DNA of 64,000 nt, taken from the NCBI GenBank assembly GCA_964016885.1, contig OZ024743.1, positions 114,824,001 to 114,888,000 on the forward strand, written 5' to 3'. The stretch comes from Eledone cirrhosa. Taxonomy: Eukaryota. Below are positions 44,150 through 55,764 of the stretch, piece by piece (the first letter of the stretch is position 1; every line of letters starts with the position of its first letter). The position numbers and the translations under genes are program-made. Under the pieces are notes generated by a model, which was given only the letters and a program-made list of their open reading frames with translations, made no database searches and was not told where the DNA came from.

Positions 44150-45320
44150 ATGTGCAACAAGAGACTACCTAAAGCCAACGAAGTTCCCAAAGTTGGTAGG
44201 TCGATATTTACCTACAGGATAAAGTGGGAAGCGTTGGCGGTCAGGACCAAGTATGCAGATAATATTGCATCGAAATTCAGAGAACCTCGTGAGAAAACTA
44301 ATGACATTGAAACGGATTAGAGACTATTCAGCTTGGGACTCTCCACTTCATCTATTAAATGCTGCGAACGAAAGCGGCTTGGTGTGCCGCCGAGTGGCAG
44401 GAGGACCCGTTGGTTCAATGAAGAGATCAAAACTAACATCCGAGCTAAGGACGAGGCCTACAAAGCCTGACTTGGAAATAATAAACCTTCCTTGTTGCAT
44501 TTGTGGTACAAGCAGGCTTGAAAAGTCACAGCAGAGACAGTGATGCCCTCCAAATTTAAGAAGTACGAAGACTTCTAAGCTGGAATCCGATTTCAGATCA
44601 GCAAATACATTTTTCTCCCAGACTATCCGCCGGCTTCGTAACAAGAAGCCCTCCTCCACACGTGCTATCAGGAACGTGTTTGGGTCCTCTACTCAGAGAG
44701 GCTCAGTTTCCAGGGGTAGAGAGAACCCTTTTCTGCTCTCCTAAAACCGATCACTTCAGCATCTTCTGATGTACATGAGATGCATCTGGGAGCAATGACT
44801 AATCGCTTGGAGCCTGAGTTCAAATGTGTCAAGGCCGCTGCAAAAGATGAAATTCAGTCCGAAATGTTAAAAGCCTTTAATCTAGAAGTTATTTTCTGAC
44901 TGACTCATTTGTGCTTGGTGGCCTGGACCTCTGGAAAGGCACCTAAGTCATGGCGATCGGGAGTGATAATCCCAATTTCAAAAAGGGAGACAAGAGAGAT
45001 TGCTGCTGTTATAGATGCTAAGTGTCTGCCAAAGTTATGTAGGGAGATTGTCGAGTCCTAAGCTAGCTAAATGAACAGTGTGGTTTTCACCCTGGATGCA
45101 GCACAGTGGACTGAATATTCACACTGCAGCAGGTCTTTCAGAAATTGTTGGAGTACACCCAAGAGGTGTATCCTGCTTCCTAGATCGGAAAACAGCATAC
45201 AATTGCGTTCCCTGCAAGGAGTATGTGATTGATTGACAGATTTTTGTTGCCCTGACCTCTCTATACGAATGCCCTTATACTTGTCGTGTGATAAACGGCG
45301 CTAAATCCAAATCCATATCC
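44150..45320 (+). pseudogene. Decayed RTE-type LINE ORF fragment
   Basis: WFNEE, DEIQSEMLKA, WRSGVIIPI, EQCGFHPGCSTVD*IFTLQQ motifs with stops/frameshifts. Confidence 0.75.
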
Positions 45321-45522
45321 CTATTATTCATACTTAAGTGTTATATTTTAAACTTCAAATGGGAAAGTATATTCTAAAATTTAAACCTAAAACTGGGGAA
45401 GTAATGCCAGATCAATTTGAGATATTTCAATAATGACCTATCGTAGACAAAATTTGTCTACGTATGTAATACGATAGACCATTAGAGAGAGAGGGGGTGG
45501 GAGAAAAAGAGAGAGAGAGGGA

Positions 45523-45591
<69 letters not shown>

Positions 45592-46451
45592 AATTTATGC
45601 GCATAAGTAATCATTTTTTAAAATTAGACATAAAGATTCCCAGTGCCTCAGTTAAGAGAAGATTACATTTAGACCAACTGTCTTTGTAAGGTTTAGCGAA
45701 GTTTAAAAGAGCCAACCGTATGCTATATTGAATATTAGAACTCCACACATCCGAAATAAATTGTGCAAATGAGTTTGTTCTGTTTTTTCACAAGGAAAAG
45801 TATTAAAAAATATATATAAATACATATTATGTAGGAGTTAACGAAGTTTCAGTTAAACATGTTTTTAATGTATAGCGAACTTTATATATGATCCTCAGGT
45901 GATTGGTTCGTGGTCTTTATCGATGTGATAATCCTGACGTGTTGATTTCAAACATTTCCATCTCAAGGCAACCCGATATCTTATCGCTAAATATATAGTT
46001 CTTATCCTCTTTAGAAACTGTTCAACCTGTGTGGGATCGTAATAGGCCGAATTTATTCATTTTGGAGTGATGGTGCTCACAGACGAAGTGGAAATATTTG
46101 TCACGTCCATTGACCTAGGATTAACTACCATAGCTTAAAACTTGTTTTCATATTAATTATTACTATACACATACATGGTCAGTCGTGCATTAAACAAGAG
46201 AACATGCATCCCAATGGGAAAGAAACATTCGGTGTGGAGTGTTTTATTCTGATTACTCCACACTTTATTAGTTGAAGTGTTGGAAACACAACACTATATA
46301 TATCTGCTGTGCTCTATTGAATCTGTAACCCCTATATATCATATTTGCAATATTTTCGTTTTATTCTATCTAAACAATATGATCAATATTTCATTTGCTT
46401 TGACGTATATCCATCTAAAATGAATAATTTTTTTCTTCTCACTTCTCGCAG

Positions 46452-46519
46452 AGCAAGTCACAACGGTGAATGTACAGCTATACATTAATAGCTTCGATTC
46501 CATAAATGAACAAACAATG
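46452..46519 (+). CDS. Internal 68-bp coding exon of the same Cys-loop channel
   Basis: Polypyrimidine tract + CAG, donor ATG|GTAAGG; reads (E)QVTTVNVQLYINSFDSINEQTM, like GlyR VNVxCNIFINSFGSIAETTM; 68 bp is the exon size known at this position in GlyR/GABA-A genes. Confidence 0.92.
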
Positions 46520-47356
46520 GTAAGGCATTTCTGTTATAATACTGATTCCTAACATAGTCACAAGACTCTACTATATTGGTTCCAGTAAATAACTGGTGTT
46601 TATATTATCAATAAAATACAACGCTGAAAGCCATAACAAAATCAACTTAAATCAATTTGAAAATCAGAAAATAAAGGGACGTAACTAAATATAGAAAATG
46701 TGCTAATGATTCTGTCAATCCATCGTTTCGATTTTTAATTCAGGCACAAGGTGGTCCAAGTTTTGGCAAAGGGAAAAATTGATTAAATCAACACCAGTAG
46801 TTGGCTGGTACTTTATTTTATCGAAAGAGGAAAATCACAGTTGACCTCGGTGGAGTTTAAATCTGGTATGTAAAAAGCCAGAATAAATACCGCTATGGTA
46901 ATTTATCCGACGGTTTACCACCTATATAATATTGTTTTCTAATTTAGTCAAAATCTTATAAGTTGACGGGAGGGGGGGGGGGGGGGGGCAATTAGACCAA
47001 TATTTGATTGGTACTTTATTTTATCGATACCGAAACAAGGAAAGACAATTTCGACTTGGTGGGATTGATTTCAACTGAGAATACAAAAAGGCAGAAAAAA
47101 TACATTTTGTCAATGATATTTTTAATTTAGCCACTTAGGGACATCTCATAAAAACATGGTTTGGTGCAGTAGGATAAATATATTATAGGTTATATGAAAG
47201 ATATTGCGGAATAAATATGATAAAGCAATAAGTAAAATATAGATGCATTTTTAAAAAGGGAAAACTATTTACTTGTAGGTAGAAAGCTAAGCTGTAATCT
47301 GTTGACATAGACTAACCACATTCCTAATTATATAACCTTGTTCAAATTAATGTTAT

Positions 47357-47454
47357 TTGTTTATCTATCCTTCTGTCAAACTATCTATCTATCTATCTGT
47401 CTATCTATCTATCTATCTATCTATTTATCTATCTATTTATCTATCTATCTATAA

Positions 47455-47485
<31 letters not shown>

Positions 47486-47492
47486 AATCAAA

Positions 47493-47549
<57 letters not shown>

Positions 47550-47556
47550 AATCAAA

Positions 47557-47626
<70 letters not shown>

Positions 47627-47632
47627 CTCTAT
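47357..47632 (+). repeat. (TATC)n microsatellite, continued at 53476-53557
   Basis: Direct reading; the interruption ctttc/aaatcaaac occurs on both sides of the LINE. Confidence 0.95.
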
Positions 47633-47850
47633 CAGTCGTGTGTCACTTCGCGGAGAAGTTTCCGTTAATTTATGTAAGGAAAAAACGTGAGTTTTTAGTT
47701 CAATTTTATATCATTGTGTAACTTGACCACCCGTCTGGACCTTCAGGTGGTGGGTCAACTCATTTTCGCCCCTTCAGGGGCGGAATATCCATTTAAAAAA
47801 TTTTTCTCCATCGAATCTTGGAAAAAATATTGTAAAATTTTGATTACGTT

Positions 47851-49767
47851 ATGAACGCTGCGTCCAACGATAATGGTGGTGGAGAGGCGGTAAGACTACA
47901 AAGCTCGCAGTCAACAACGTCTTCTTCACTAGATACTATAGAGATGGAAAGACAAAATGAAAATAAAAAAACGAATTCACATCCAAACAACACAAATGAC
48001 ACCAAACAGCTCAATGACAACAAAAATAACAGCAAAACCAATAATGATGATAAAAGCAACAATGATAACAACAACAAAGAAAAAAATAAAGACAACGCCA
48101 ATAACACCAGCATCAAAGACAACAACAACACCAAGGAAAATACGGATGATACCAACATCGGTGACAACAAGAATAACAACAAGAATAACAACAATAATGA
48201 CAACACCACCAATACGGATTCCACAAAGAAACCAAAAATCTCCTTTGCGGAGAAAGTTCAAAAGAAAGAACAATTGATATATCTCGACATAACAAATGCT
48301 GAACACCTTTTAAAGGACGCTAAGAGATATGTCACCTTCGAAAAAAATGGTGCTTTCAGCATCAATTCTCCTGTAGAAATTCGCAAGGAAACTGTTCTCA
48401 AAACGATAGTTTTTAGGACAGTTTCCAATTCTACCCGAAAACCAGTCCAATTGTCACAGAAAGATATTGAACTGGTTTTCAAAGATTCAATGAATGATAT
48501 TGCATTCATTCAAAGAAGCAAACTTTTTGGGAGTATTTCGGTACTGATGAAGGATCAATTGACGGCCCAAAATTACTCTGTGTCGCCAATTGTATCCAAC
48601 CTGTACACCTTTTTCCCTACATACATGGGAAAAAGGACACAAAAGATCAGAATCACAAGTGTCACACCAAAGGTGAACATATGGTGGATACTGTGCGGCT
48701 TCATCAATTTTGATGAAGACAGAATACTGTCAGTAGGCAAGTCCCCCAGAGATGTATTCAATGGGACTAGCATTGAAGTTCTGGTGCAAATGAGCCCAGA
48801 GCGAATAGCTATGATCCCACAGCGTGTACTCCTGGACGGACTTACCTACATAAACCTTTCGGTTGAGGGTAGGCGGCCTTCATGTTACCATTGCTTTAGC
48901 AGGGGTCACCTGAGGGCTTCCTGTCCTAAACTAATGAACCAAAAAAAGGCTCCTCTGCCAACACCCATCAAAACAACACAACCACCAACACCACCACTAC
49001 AACAACAACACCAACACACAAAAATAACCACAACAAACACAGTCCCACCCAACCTCACTCCACCTAAAACCACTGCAAAATCACATACAGACACAACAGC
49101 TCCCCAAGACATACCCCTCCCCAATCACACAGACGATACAACAGATGAGGCTATCTCGCCATCACCCAGTGAAGACGAGGGAGAACCCCATCGCTCGAAA
49201 AGAAAGAAAAGACATCACAAAAGCAAAAAACCAGCAAACACTACCACAAACATACAACCACCAACACAAATAACAAAAATATCAGAAACAAAACCCCCAC
49301 CTCCTGAAAACAAAATACCTACAACAAAACGAAAGCACACACAAGAACTACAGACAAAAACAAACACAACACAAGAAAATTACACTTACACTTACATAAA
49401 CACTGAAAACAAAACACTAATGGAGACCATTACGAACGACCCTTCGGTTTTCACCGAAGGGAAAACTTTCGCCCACTCTATAAAAAATAGCAAAAAAATG
49501 AACCTAAAACTGATTAGGGTCCCTATACAAACTTATAGGTCCCTAAAAGAAACATTTGAGAAGGATGTGGGGAATTCCTGCGTGAAAGCACTCAACCGCG
49601 TCCTTCTCAAATGCCTCCCCACCCCAGACACCCCCATCCCACCAGACCCCACCCCACCAAACATCTGCGTCCCCACCCCGCCGGAAACCACCACCCATCC
49701 AGACAACCCCTCCAACACCCCCATGGAAATCGTGCGGCCTGGTCCCCAGGAGGCGAAGGGTGAGTGA
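47851..49767 (+). CDS. LINE ORF1 protein (zinc knuckle, Asn-rich N-terminus, Pro/Thr/Lys-rich C-terminus)
   Basis: 638 aa open frame with CCHC knuckle CYHCFSRGHLRASC, directly upstream of ORF2. Confidence 0.88.
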   Translation: MNAASNDNGGGEAVRLQSSQSTTSSSLDTIEMERQNENKKTNSHPNNTNDTKQLNDNKNNSKTNNDDKSNNDNNNKEKNKDNANNTSIKDNNNTKENTDDTNIGDNKNNNKNNNNNDNTTNTDSTKKPKISFAEKVQKKEQLIYLDITNAEHLLKDAKRYVTFEKNGAFSINSPVEIRKETVLKTIVFRTVSNSTRKPVQLSQKDIELVFKDSMNDIAFIQRSKLFGSISVLMKDQLTAQNYSVSPIVSNLYTFFPTYMGKRTQKIRITSVTPKVNIWWILCGFINFDEDRILSVGKSPRDVFNGTSIEVLVQMSPERIAMIPQRVLLDGLTYINLSVEGRRPSCYHCFSRGHLRASCPKLMNQKKAPLPTPIKTTQPPTPPLQQQHQHTKITTTNTVPPNLTPPKTTAKSHTDTTAPQDIPLPNHTDDTTDEAISPSPSEDEGEPHRSKRKKRHHKSKKPANTTTNIQPPTQITKISETKPPPPENKIPTTKRKHTQELQTKTNTTQENYTYTYINTENKTLMETITNDPSVFTEGKTFAHSIKNSKKMNLKLIRVPIQTYRSLKETFEKDVGNSCVKALNRVLLKCLPTPDTPIPPDPTPPNICVPTPPETTTHPDNPSNTPMEIVRPGPQEAKGE

Positions 49768-49800
49768 TCTCTTTTCCTCTTTTAACTTTTCAGCACCAAC

Positions 49801-52800
49801 ATGGCCAATATAAGAGTTGGATGTGTGAACGTACGCGGCCTGGGGATGCCCTGGAAACAGGGCAAACTCTTAAACGACCTCAGGTCGCACAGTTTGGATG
49901 TGGTAGCCATTTGCGAGTCCAGGATCCACGGCGAGCGACAGCTGGCCCCCATCTTCGATGACTTTGAGATCTACGTATCTCTCTGTCAACCGGGGGGTGG
50001 GGGCGGAGTTGCCGTTTTGCTGCGGAAACACCTGGGCCTCGTAACACAGACGGTACATCTGGACCCGGAGGGTCGACTGGTGGTCCTAGACGTTGACGGT
50101 AGTGAAAGTGGAGCGTTCAGGCTGGTGGCCGCATATGCCCCATCCGGGACACCGCGGCCAGACTTCTTCAAACGTCTAGAGACTTTTCTGGGAACGTCCC
50201 GCTCCTTGCTTTTAGTGGGGGACTGGAATGGAATCCTAGATGCACGTTGGGACTATGTGGGAGCATGTCCCGATAAAGGGGGGTGTAACAGCCTCAAACA
50301 GTTAATCGACCGATTTGACCTGGCCGATAGATATCGACTAGATTTTCCGACTGCGCCACTGTGGACGTGGAGTAATCGTAGCGGAACATCTAGATCGTAC
50401 CTAGATAGGGTTCTAGTTAGAAATAAGGATAGGGACATGTTAAGCTGTCCACAAATGTTCATGGTTGCCTATTCAGATCACAAACTAGTGACCTGCATGG
50501 CCAACCTTGATAGAACCCATAGACAAGGACCCGGCTACTGGAAGCTGAACTTGTCGTTACCGACAAGCAAAGCCTACAGTAGACGGATTAGCACTTTAGT
50601 TAAACAGCACTTGACAGGGGCCATTGTCAACAACAGATGGTGGTACTCTCTCAAGAGGGCAGTTAGATTAGACTCGATAGTTTTTAGTAAAGAATTAGCG
50701 TTAGATAGAAATAGAACCGAGAAGGAACTGGTAGATAAAGTAGAAGAGGCTATTAGAAGTGGCAACGTAGCCAGCGTGCTAGCAACGAGAACGGCCTTGG
50801 ACCAGTTCTTCGACGCAAAGCACGAGGGCTGCGTTGTCAGAAGCAAAATACGTGCTCTGGGAAACGAGGGAGCCAAAGCTGTTAGCTGGGCCCGAGTGAC
50901 GGAGGCAAAAAGTGGCAACAAGTCCACGATTCGGTCTTTGAAGGACCAAAACGGACGCGTGATACGTGAGCCGAAGCAGATGTGTGCGGCTTTTCAGCGG
51001 CACTTTGCTCGGCTGTTCGGGGGGAGCGGCGCGCCGGGAGAGGCTATGGATTTCGGTCCATACCTCGACGGCCTACCGCGACTCTCGGACAGCGAGGCGA
51101 AGTTCTGCGAAAAGCCGATTTCAGCCACTGAGATAGGGGACGCGCTGAGCCAATGCGGCAAACGCAAATCTCCAGGTCTCGACGGTCTACCCTACGAATT
51201 TTACGTAGCAATGCCGGACTTATTCTCCGGTCTCCTGGAAGCGGTCTACTGCAACTGGCAACAGAACGGGAGAATTCCCAATTCTGTAACCGGGGGCGTG
51301 GTCACACTAATCAGGAAGGACGAGAATAAGGGGGATGACATAGGCAACTTCCGGCCCATAACTCTGCTAAACACAGAGTTACAGATTTTGGCCAAGGTGT
51401 TGGCAAAGAGGCTGGCGCTTGTCGTCGAGAACCTGGTGGGAGAAGCGCAGACATGCGCGATCCCGACCAGGTCCATACACGACAACCTCCACCTCATGCG
51501 ATACATCATAGAGAGGGTAGGGTGTAAACCCGGCTTCGGTGGGGCCATGATCAACTTGGATCAGTCTAAGGCTTTCGATAGGGTTGACCATCGTTACCTG
51601 GATGCGGTGCTCGAGGCGGCAGGCTTCGGACCCGTGTTCAGGGGCTGGATTGCTGCAATGCACAACAGCAACATCTGCTCAAGGGTCAAGGTGAACGGTT
51701 ACCTCTCGGAGCCGTTCCATATTACGCGATCCATTCGACAGGGATGCCCTCTCTCCTCCCTTCTGTACGTACTGACTCTCGAGCCACTACTGCGGAAGCT
51801 GGAGCTATTGCAGGGCATCCCTCTGGAACCGGGACTGCGGAAAGCGGCGTCGGCCTACGCCGACGACGTGACAGTAATGGTGTCGAGCGCCTCGCAAATC
51901 GAGAAAGTCGGCACCTTACTAAAGAAATACGAAAGTCTCACAGGAGCGAAGCTGAACCGGGACAAGTCCATCGGTTTGCAACTCGGATCGTGGAGAGGCA
52001 GACCGATGCCTTCCGATGGCGTCGTCGGACGCTGGACGGAAGGACCGGTAAAGCTGCTCGGGGTCTGGTTTGGTCCGGACCTCCAGGTGGAGAAGAACTG
52101 GAACGAAGTGACGGCCAAGGTGTTTGCACTCACCCAGAAGTGGGCCGAGTGCAAACTATCCTTGAAAGGTCGAGCGGAGGTGGCGAACACTTTTATAGCG
52201 TCCGCCATCTACTACCGCTTGACCGTCGTGCCTTGTCCAGCCAAAACGCTCGCCAAAATGGAGCGCGCCCTCTTCCGATTCCTTTGGAAGAGGCGGGCTC
52301 CTTTGGTAAGAAGATCCATCTGCTGCCAACACCCTTCTAACGGAGGGCTGGGGATGCCGTGGTTGACGATGCGCAAACACGCGCTCAGGCTGCGGCATCT
52401 CTACGTATTCCTCACCGGACAACCGGTGTGGGCCCCGTTCGTGAGGCGAGCCTTCCCACGACTCGTCTCACTGACCGAGCTGCAGTCCTGGGTCAAGCAG
52501 AGACCGAGGAAAATGGGCGACTGGCACATCGAATGTGCTCAGGCGCTCACAGCCCTCTGGCAGGCGGACCCGGCGATCAGTGGAGACTCCACTTCGTCAT
52601 TCTATAGAGGGTTGGTCCGCAGCAAGTGCGACGACGCGCTCGGTGAAACTCTGGGCGTGGAGGAAGATGAACTGGCCAGTCTGTTCGGTAGGACCTTCCG
52701 CCCGGGACCGATGGACAACTTCCAAAAGTCCCTGGCCTGGCAGTGCTACCGAGGAGCTCTACCAGTTCGAGACAAGCTCTACAGACATGGGCGCCCGGGC

Positions 52801-53238
52801 AGGGACCCTGCAAAAAAGATCTGTCCGAGGTGCGTGCGAGACGAAGAAACCGTCGCGCACGCATTCATACACTGCCCGGGCGTCACTGACCTGTGGGGAT
52901 ATGTAGAACGACTATTGTCGCGGGTGGGACCAATCCAGTTGACCACCGAGTCCATTGTCATGATCAAACCGCCACCCTCCTTCAAAAACGAAGGAGAGGC
53001 GGTTTTCCTTTGTGTGATAGCTATGGCGAAAGAGGTTGTATGGTGGACAAGGTTGAAAGGGCTGAGGTCAGACACCTTTCTCTCCGGCCAACAACTGATT
53101 CTTTTTTTCAAATACCACTTTGGAAGAAGAATCAGGATGGAGAGAGAGGTGCTGTACCCCAGCAAGTTTTATGAAAGGTGGGTGAAAGTGGCGAGAATGG
53201 CCCGAGTGAATGGGCCTTCTCTCTATATCAGCCTGTAG
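49801..53238 (+). CDS. LINE ORF2 polyprotein: APE endonuclease + reverse transcriptase + C-terminal Cys/His finger
   Basis: 1145 aa; NVRGL, GDWN, YLDRVLV, SDH (APE); KSPGLDG, NFRPITLLN, LDQSKAFDRV, QGCPLS, YADD (RT); CPRC..ETVAHAFIHC. Confidence 0.97.
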   Translation: MANIRVGCVNVRGLGMPWKQGKLLNDLRSHSLDVVAICESRIHGERQLAPIFDDFEIYVSLCQPGGGGGVAVLLRKHLGLVTQTVHLDPEGRLVVLDVDGSESGAFRLVAAYAPSGTPRPDFFKRLETFLGTSRSLLLVGDWNGILDARWDYVGACPDKGGCNSLKQLIDRFDLADRYRLDFPTAPLWTWSNRSGTSRSYLDRVLVRNKDRDMLSCPQMFMVAYSDHKLVTCMANLDRTHRQGPGYWKLNLSLPTSKAYSRRISTLVKQHLTGAIVNNRWWYSLKRAVRLDSIVFSKELALDRNRTEKELVDKVEEAIRSGNVASVLATRTALDQFFDAKHEGCVVRSKIRALGNEGAKAVSWARVTEAKSGNKSTIRSLKDQNGRVIREPKQMCAAFQRHFARLFGGSGAPGEAMDFGPYLDGLPRLSDSEAKFCEKPISATEIGDALSQCGKRKSPGLDGLPYEFYVAMPDLFSGLLEAVYCNWQQNGRIPNSVTGGVVTLIRKDENKGDDIGNFRPITLLNTELQILAKVLAKRLALVVENLVGEAQTCAIPTRSIHDNLHLMRYIIERVGCKPGFGGAMINLDQSKAFDRVDHRYLDAVLEAAGFGPVFRGWIAAMHNSNICSRVKVNGYLSEPFHITRSIRQGCPLSSLLYVLTLEPLLRKLELLQGIPLEPGLRKAASAYADDVTVMVSSASQIEKVGTLLKKYESLTGAKLNRDKSIGLQLGSWRGRPMPSDGVVGRWTEGPVKLLGVWFGPDLQVEKNWNEVTAKVFALTQKWAECKLSLKGRAEVANTFIASAIYYRLTVVPCPAKTLAKMERALFRFLWKRRAPLVRRSICCQHPSNGGLGMPWLTMRKHALRLRHLYVFLTGQPVWAPFVRRAFPRLVSLTELQSWVKQRPRKMGDWHIECAQALTALWQADPAISGDSTSSFYRGLVRSKCDDALGETLGVEEDELASLFGRTFRPGPMDNFQKSLAWQCYRGALPVRDKLYRHGRPGRDPAKKICPRCVRDEETVAHAFIHCPGVTDLWGYVERLLSRVGPIQLTTESIVMIKPPPSFKNEGEAVFLCVIAMAKEVVWWTRLKGLRSDTFLSGQQLILFFKYHFGRRIRMEREVLYPSKFYERWVKVARMARVNGPSLYISL

Positions 53239-53476
53239 ATTGAGGAAAAGGAGGAGGAGAGGAAAGGAGTACAAGCTCTTCGTACTCCTGGAGATGAGGG
53301 TTGCACATTTTTTTCGGGGGTATGTGTTACCCATATAAACTGTCTCCCTCTATTGGGGAAAATCGACTAACTTTTAAATTCCATCTGTGATAACATTTTA
53401 CACGTTTTTATTGTATGTAAACTTCCCCCTTTGTATTTGTCCCCTTCTTTTGTGCCCCTGTGGCTAATAAAGAAAT

Positions 53477-53524
<48 letters not shown>

Positions 53525-53562
53525 AAATCAAACTATCTATCTATTTATCTATCTATCCACAG

Positions 53563-53789
53563 GACTATTCTATAAGTACCTTCATCACACAAGAGTGGAC
53601 AGATGAAAGACTAATGTTTTTCGGATTGATCGACGCAAAATACTTCGAATTAGATGTAAAACTGATCGAAAAGATATGGGTTCCCGATCTTTACTTCCCA
53701 AACGAAAAGAAAGCTCATTTCCACGAAGTAACAGTGCCAAATCGAATGTTACATATATATGACGACGGATCGATAACATATAGAGCAAG
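53563..53789 (+). CDS. Internal 227-bp coding exon (loops D, A, E) of the same Cys-loop channel
   Basis: ccacAG acceptor, AG|GTACGT donor; DYSISTFITQEWTDERL...IWVPDLYFPNEKKAHFHEVTVPNRMLHIYDDGSITYRAR contains the WxPD..F.NEK motif of anion-type Cys-loop receptors; phase 0 start fits the previous exon. First exon and downstream exons not found in the window. Confidence 0.95.
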
Positions 53790-53818
53790 GTACGTACTTG
53801 AAAAGTACTTATTATTAT

Positions 53819-54010
53819 TGTGGATTGGCAGTATCGGTAGAGAATCGGACGCCATGATTTGATGTATAGAGTTACAGTCCTTGCCATTCTGAGTTCAAAT
53901 CCCGCCGAGGTTAACTTTGCCTTTCATCCTTACGGGGTCGATAAAATAAAGTACCAGTAACCCACTGGGTAATTGCTGGCCTTGTGCCAAAAGTAGAAAC
54001 AATTATTATT
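53819..54010 (+). mobile_element. tRNA-derived SINE, same family, ~30 bp downstream of the exon donor
   Basis: Near-identical to 43581-43770. Confidence 0.88.
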
Positions 54011-54387
54011 ATAGAATATTATTATAAAAGATACATAATACAACGGCTGCAGCAGGATGACGTCTGCCACCCATATACCACTAATTGGTAGAGGTCGGTG
54101 GTTGTTTTGCCTGGAGTTTTCGGATATGGTTTTGAAGGGCGTGTGTCATTTGGCTTTTTCCTTGTGCGGTATGGGTCTGGTGAGTGATGGAGTATGTTGA
54201 TTTATAAATGACGTATACCTGAGTTTCTGGATAGCTTTGGTTTGTTCTAGATGTATTCACGCTCAAGTCATGACAATTGACGGTTTTAGTTACGTATGTA
54301 TATATGTAATACCTTGATACCGTTTGGACTCAGGTCTTCGTTGACAAACATCTGGCATAAATCGTTTACTAATGTTTGTATTTGTGT

Positions 54388-54531
<144 letters not shown>

Positions 54532-55117
54532 CTATTCTTTTCCTGCTACGCACGAATAACATAGTAATAATAATAATCTTTATTATTATCATTAACATCA
54601 CTATCGTAAAGATAACTGTAATAAATTAATTAATTAGCAAAATGAACAACAATTATACGTGACACACTATCTCTCTTTGTTTGCGCGCGTGCGTGTGCGT
54701 GTGTGCGTGCGCGCATGTTTCTTTGATTGCTATTGTTCAGTAAGTAAGCGGTGCACAAATATATTTTCTTTCGTTTGAATAGACAGACATCCGTCCATGT
54801 GTGTGTGTCAATAGTGATGTATTCCAGTCTGTTCTGGTATTGATGGTCATATCATAACAGAAATAACGACAACAACAGTAGCAACAATAATGATGATAAT
54901 AATTTCATTGGTAAGGGGAAGAACGTTATATGCGCATGCGTATGAGACCACAGTGTTTGACTATTAATGGTGTGTTTGTGGAGAGTAATTTTGCACAGAT
55001 GAACAGATTTTTAAAACGATTTCGGTTCTCCTTTGCTTTTGTTTTTTTTTATGTGATTCGAGTGCTATTTTCAATCTGGGCTCTTATCTCAATAGTGGGA
55101 TATCCTTGAGGGTAATG

Positions 55118-55177
<60 letters not shown>

Positions 55178-55178
55178 G

Positions 55179-55262
<84 letters not shown>

Positions 55263-55425
55263 AATCGAGGATCGATAAACTCTAGAGAATGTATGTTGTG
55301 TATGTATAGATTCGTAACATTTGATCGAGTCGTAAGGGCACTATAGTGACATTCGATGTGTCTTGCGCATCTTTTAAAAGCTGGTGTTGGTGGAGCCCAT
55401 CTCCACTCCATATATATATATATAT

Positions 55426-55474
<49 letters not shown>

Positions 55475-55764
55475 GGGGAAAGAGGGAGAGAGAAAGAGAC
55501 AGAGAGTGAGGCATAAAGGGAGATAGAAAGTAAGAGAGGGAATAAGTGTGTGTATATGAGAGAGAGAGACACACACACAGGGTAATTTCGAAAGAAATAT
55601 AGAAGGAGGATTGTCTCCAGTACTGAACCTCGAAAGGATGAAAGACAAAGTAGAACTCATCGCCATTTGAACTTACAGGGCAGAGAACTGGAACATATAC
55701 CAGAAATTATTCTATTGACGTTCTACCAATGCTGAAAATACGCCTCCCTTATAGTCACTCAGAC

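Larger units (their letters stand above)
47633..53475 (+). mobile_element. Apparently full-length L1/Tx1-clade non-LTR retrotransposon inserted in a (TATC)n array
   Basis: ~220-bp 5' UTR, two long open ORFs, 3' UTR ending in AATAAA (53466-53471); (TATC)n on both flanks. Confidence 0.93.

Noticed and set aside
49760-49793. 34-nt GT-AG mini-intron fusing LINE ORF1 to ORF2
   Set aside because: Removal would not put ORF2 in frame and the length is below typical intron size.
50253-53334. Numerous overlapping antisense and alternate-frame ORFs inside LINE ORF2
   Set aside because: Expected by-products of a GC-rich coding sequence; no recognisable domains.
53563-53789. Cephalopod chemotactile receptor interpretation
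   Set aside because: Those derive from nicotinic-type receptors; this exon has GlyR/GABA-type motifs and exon structure.
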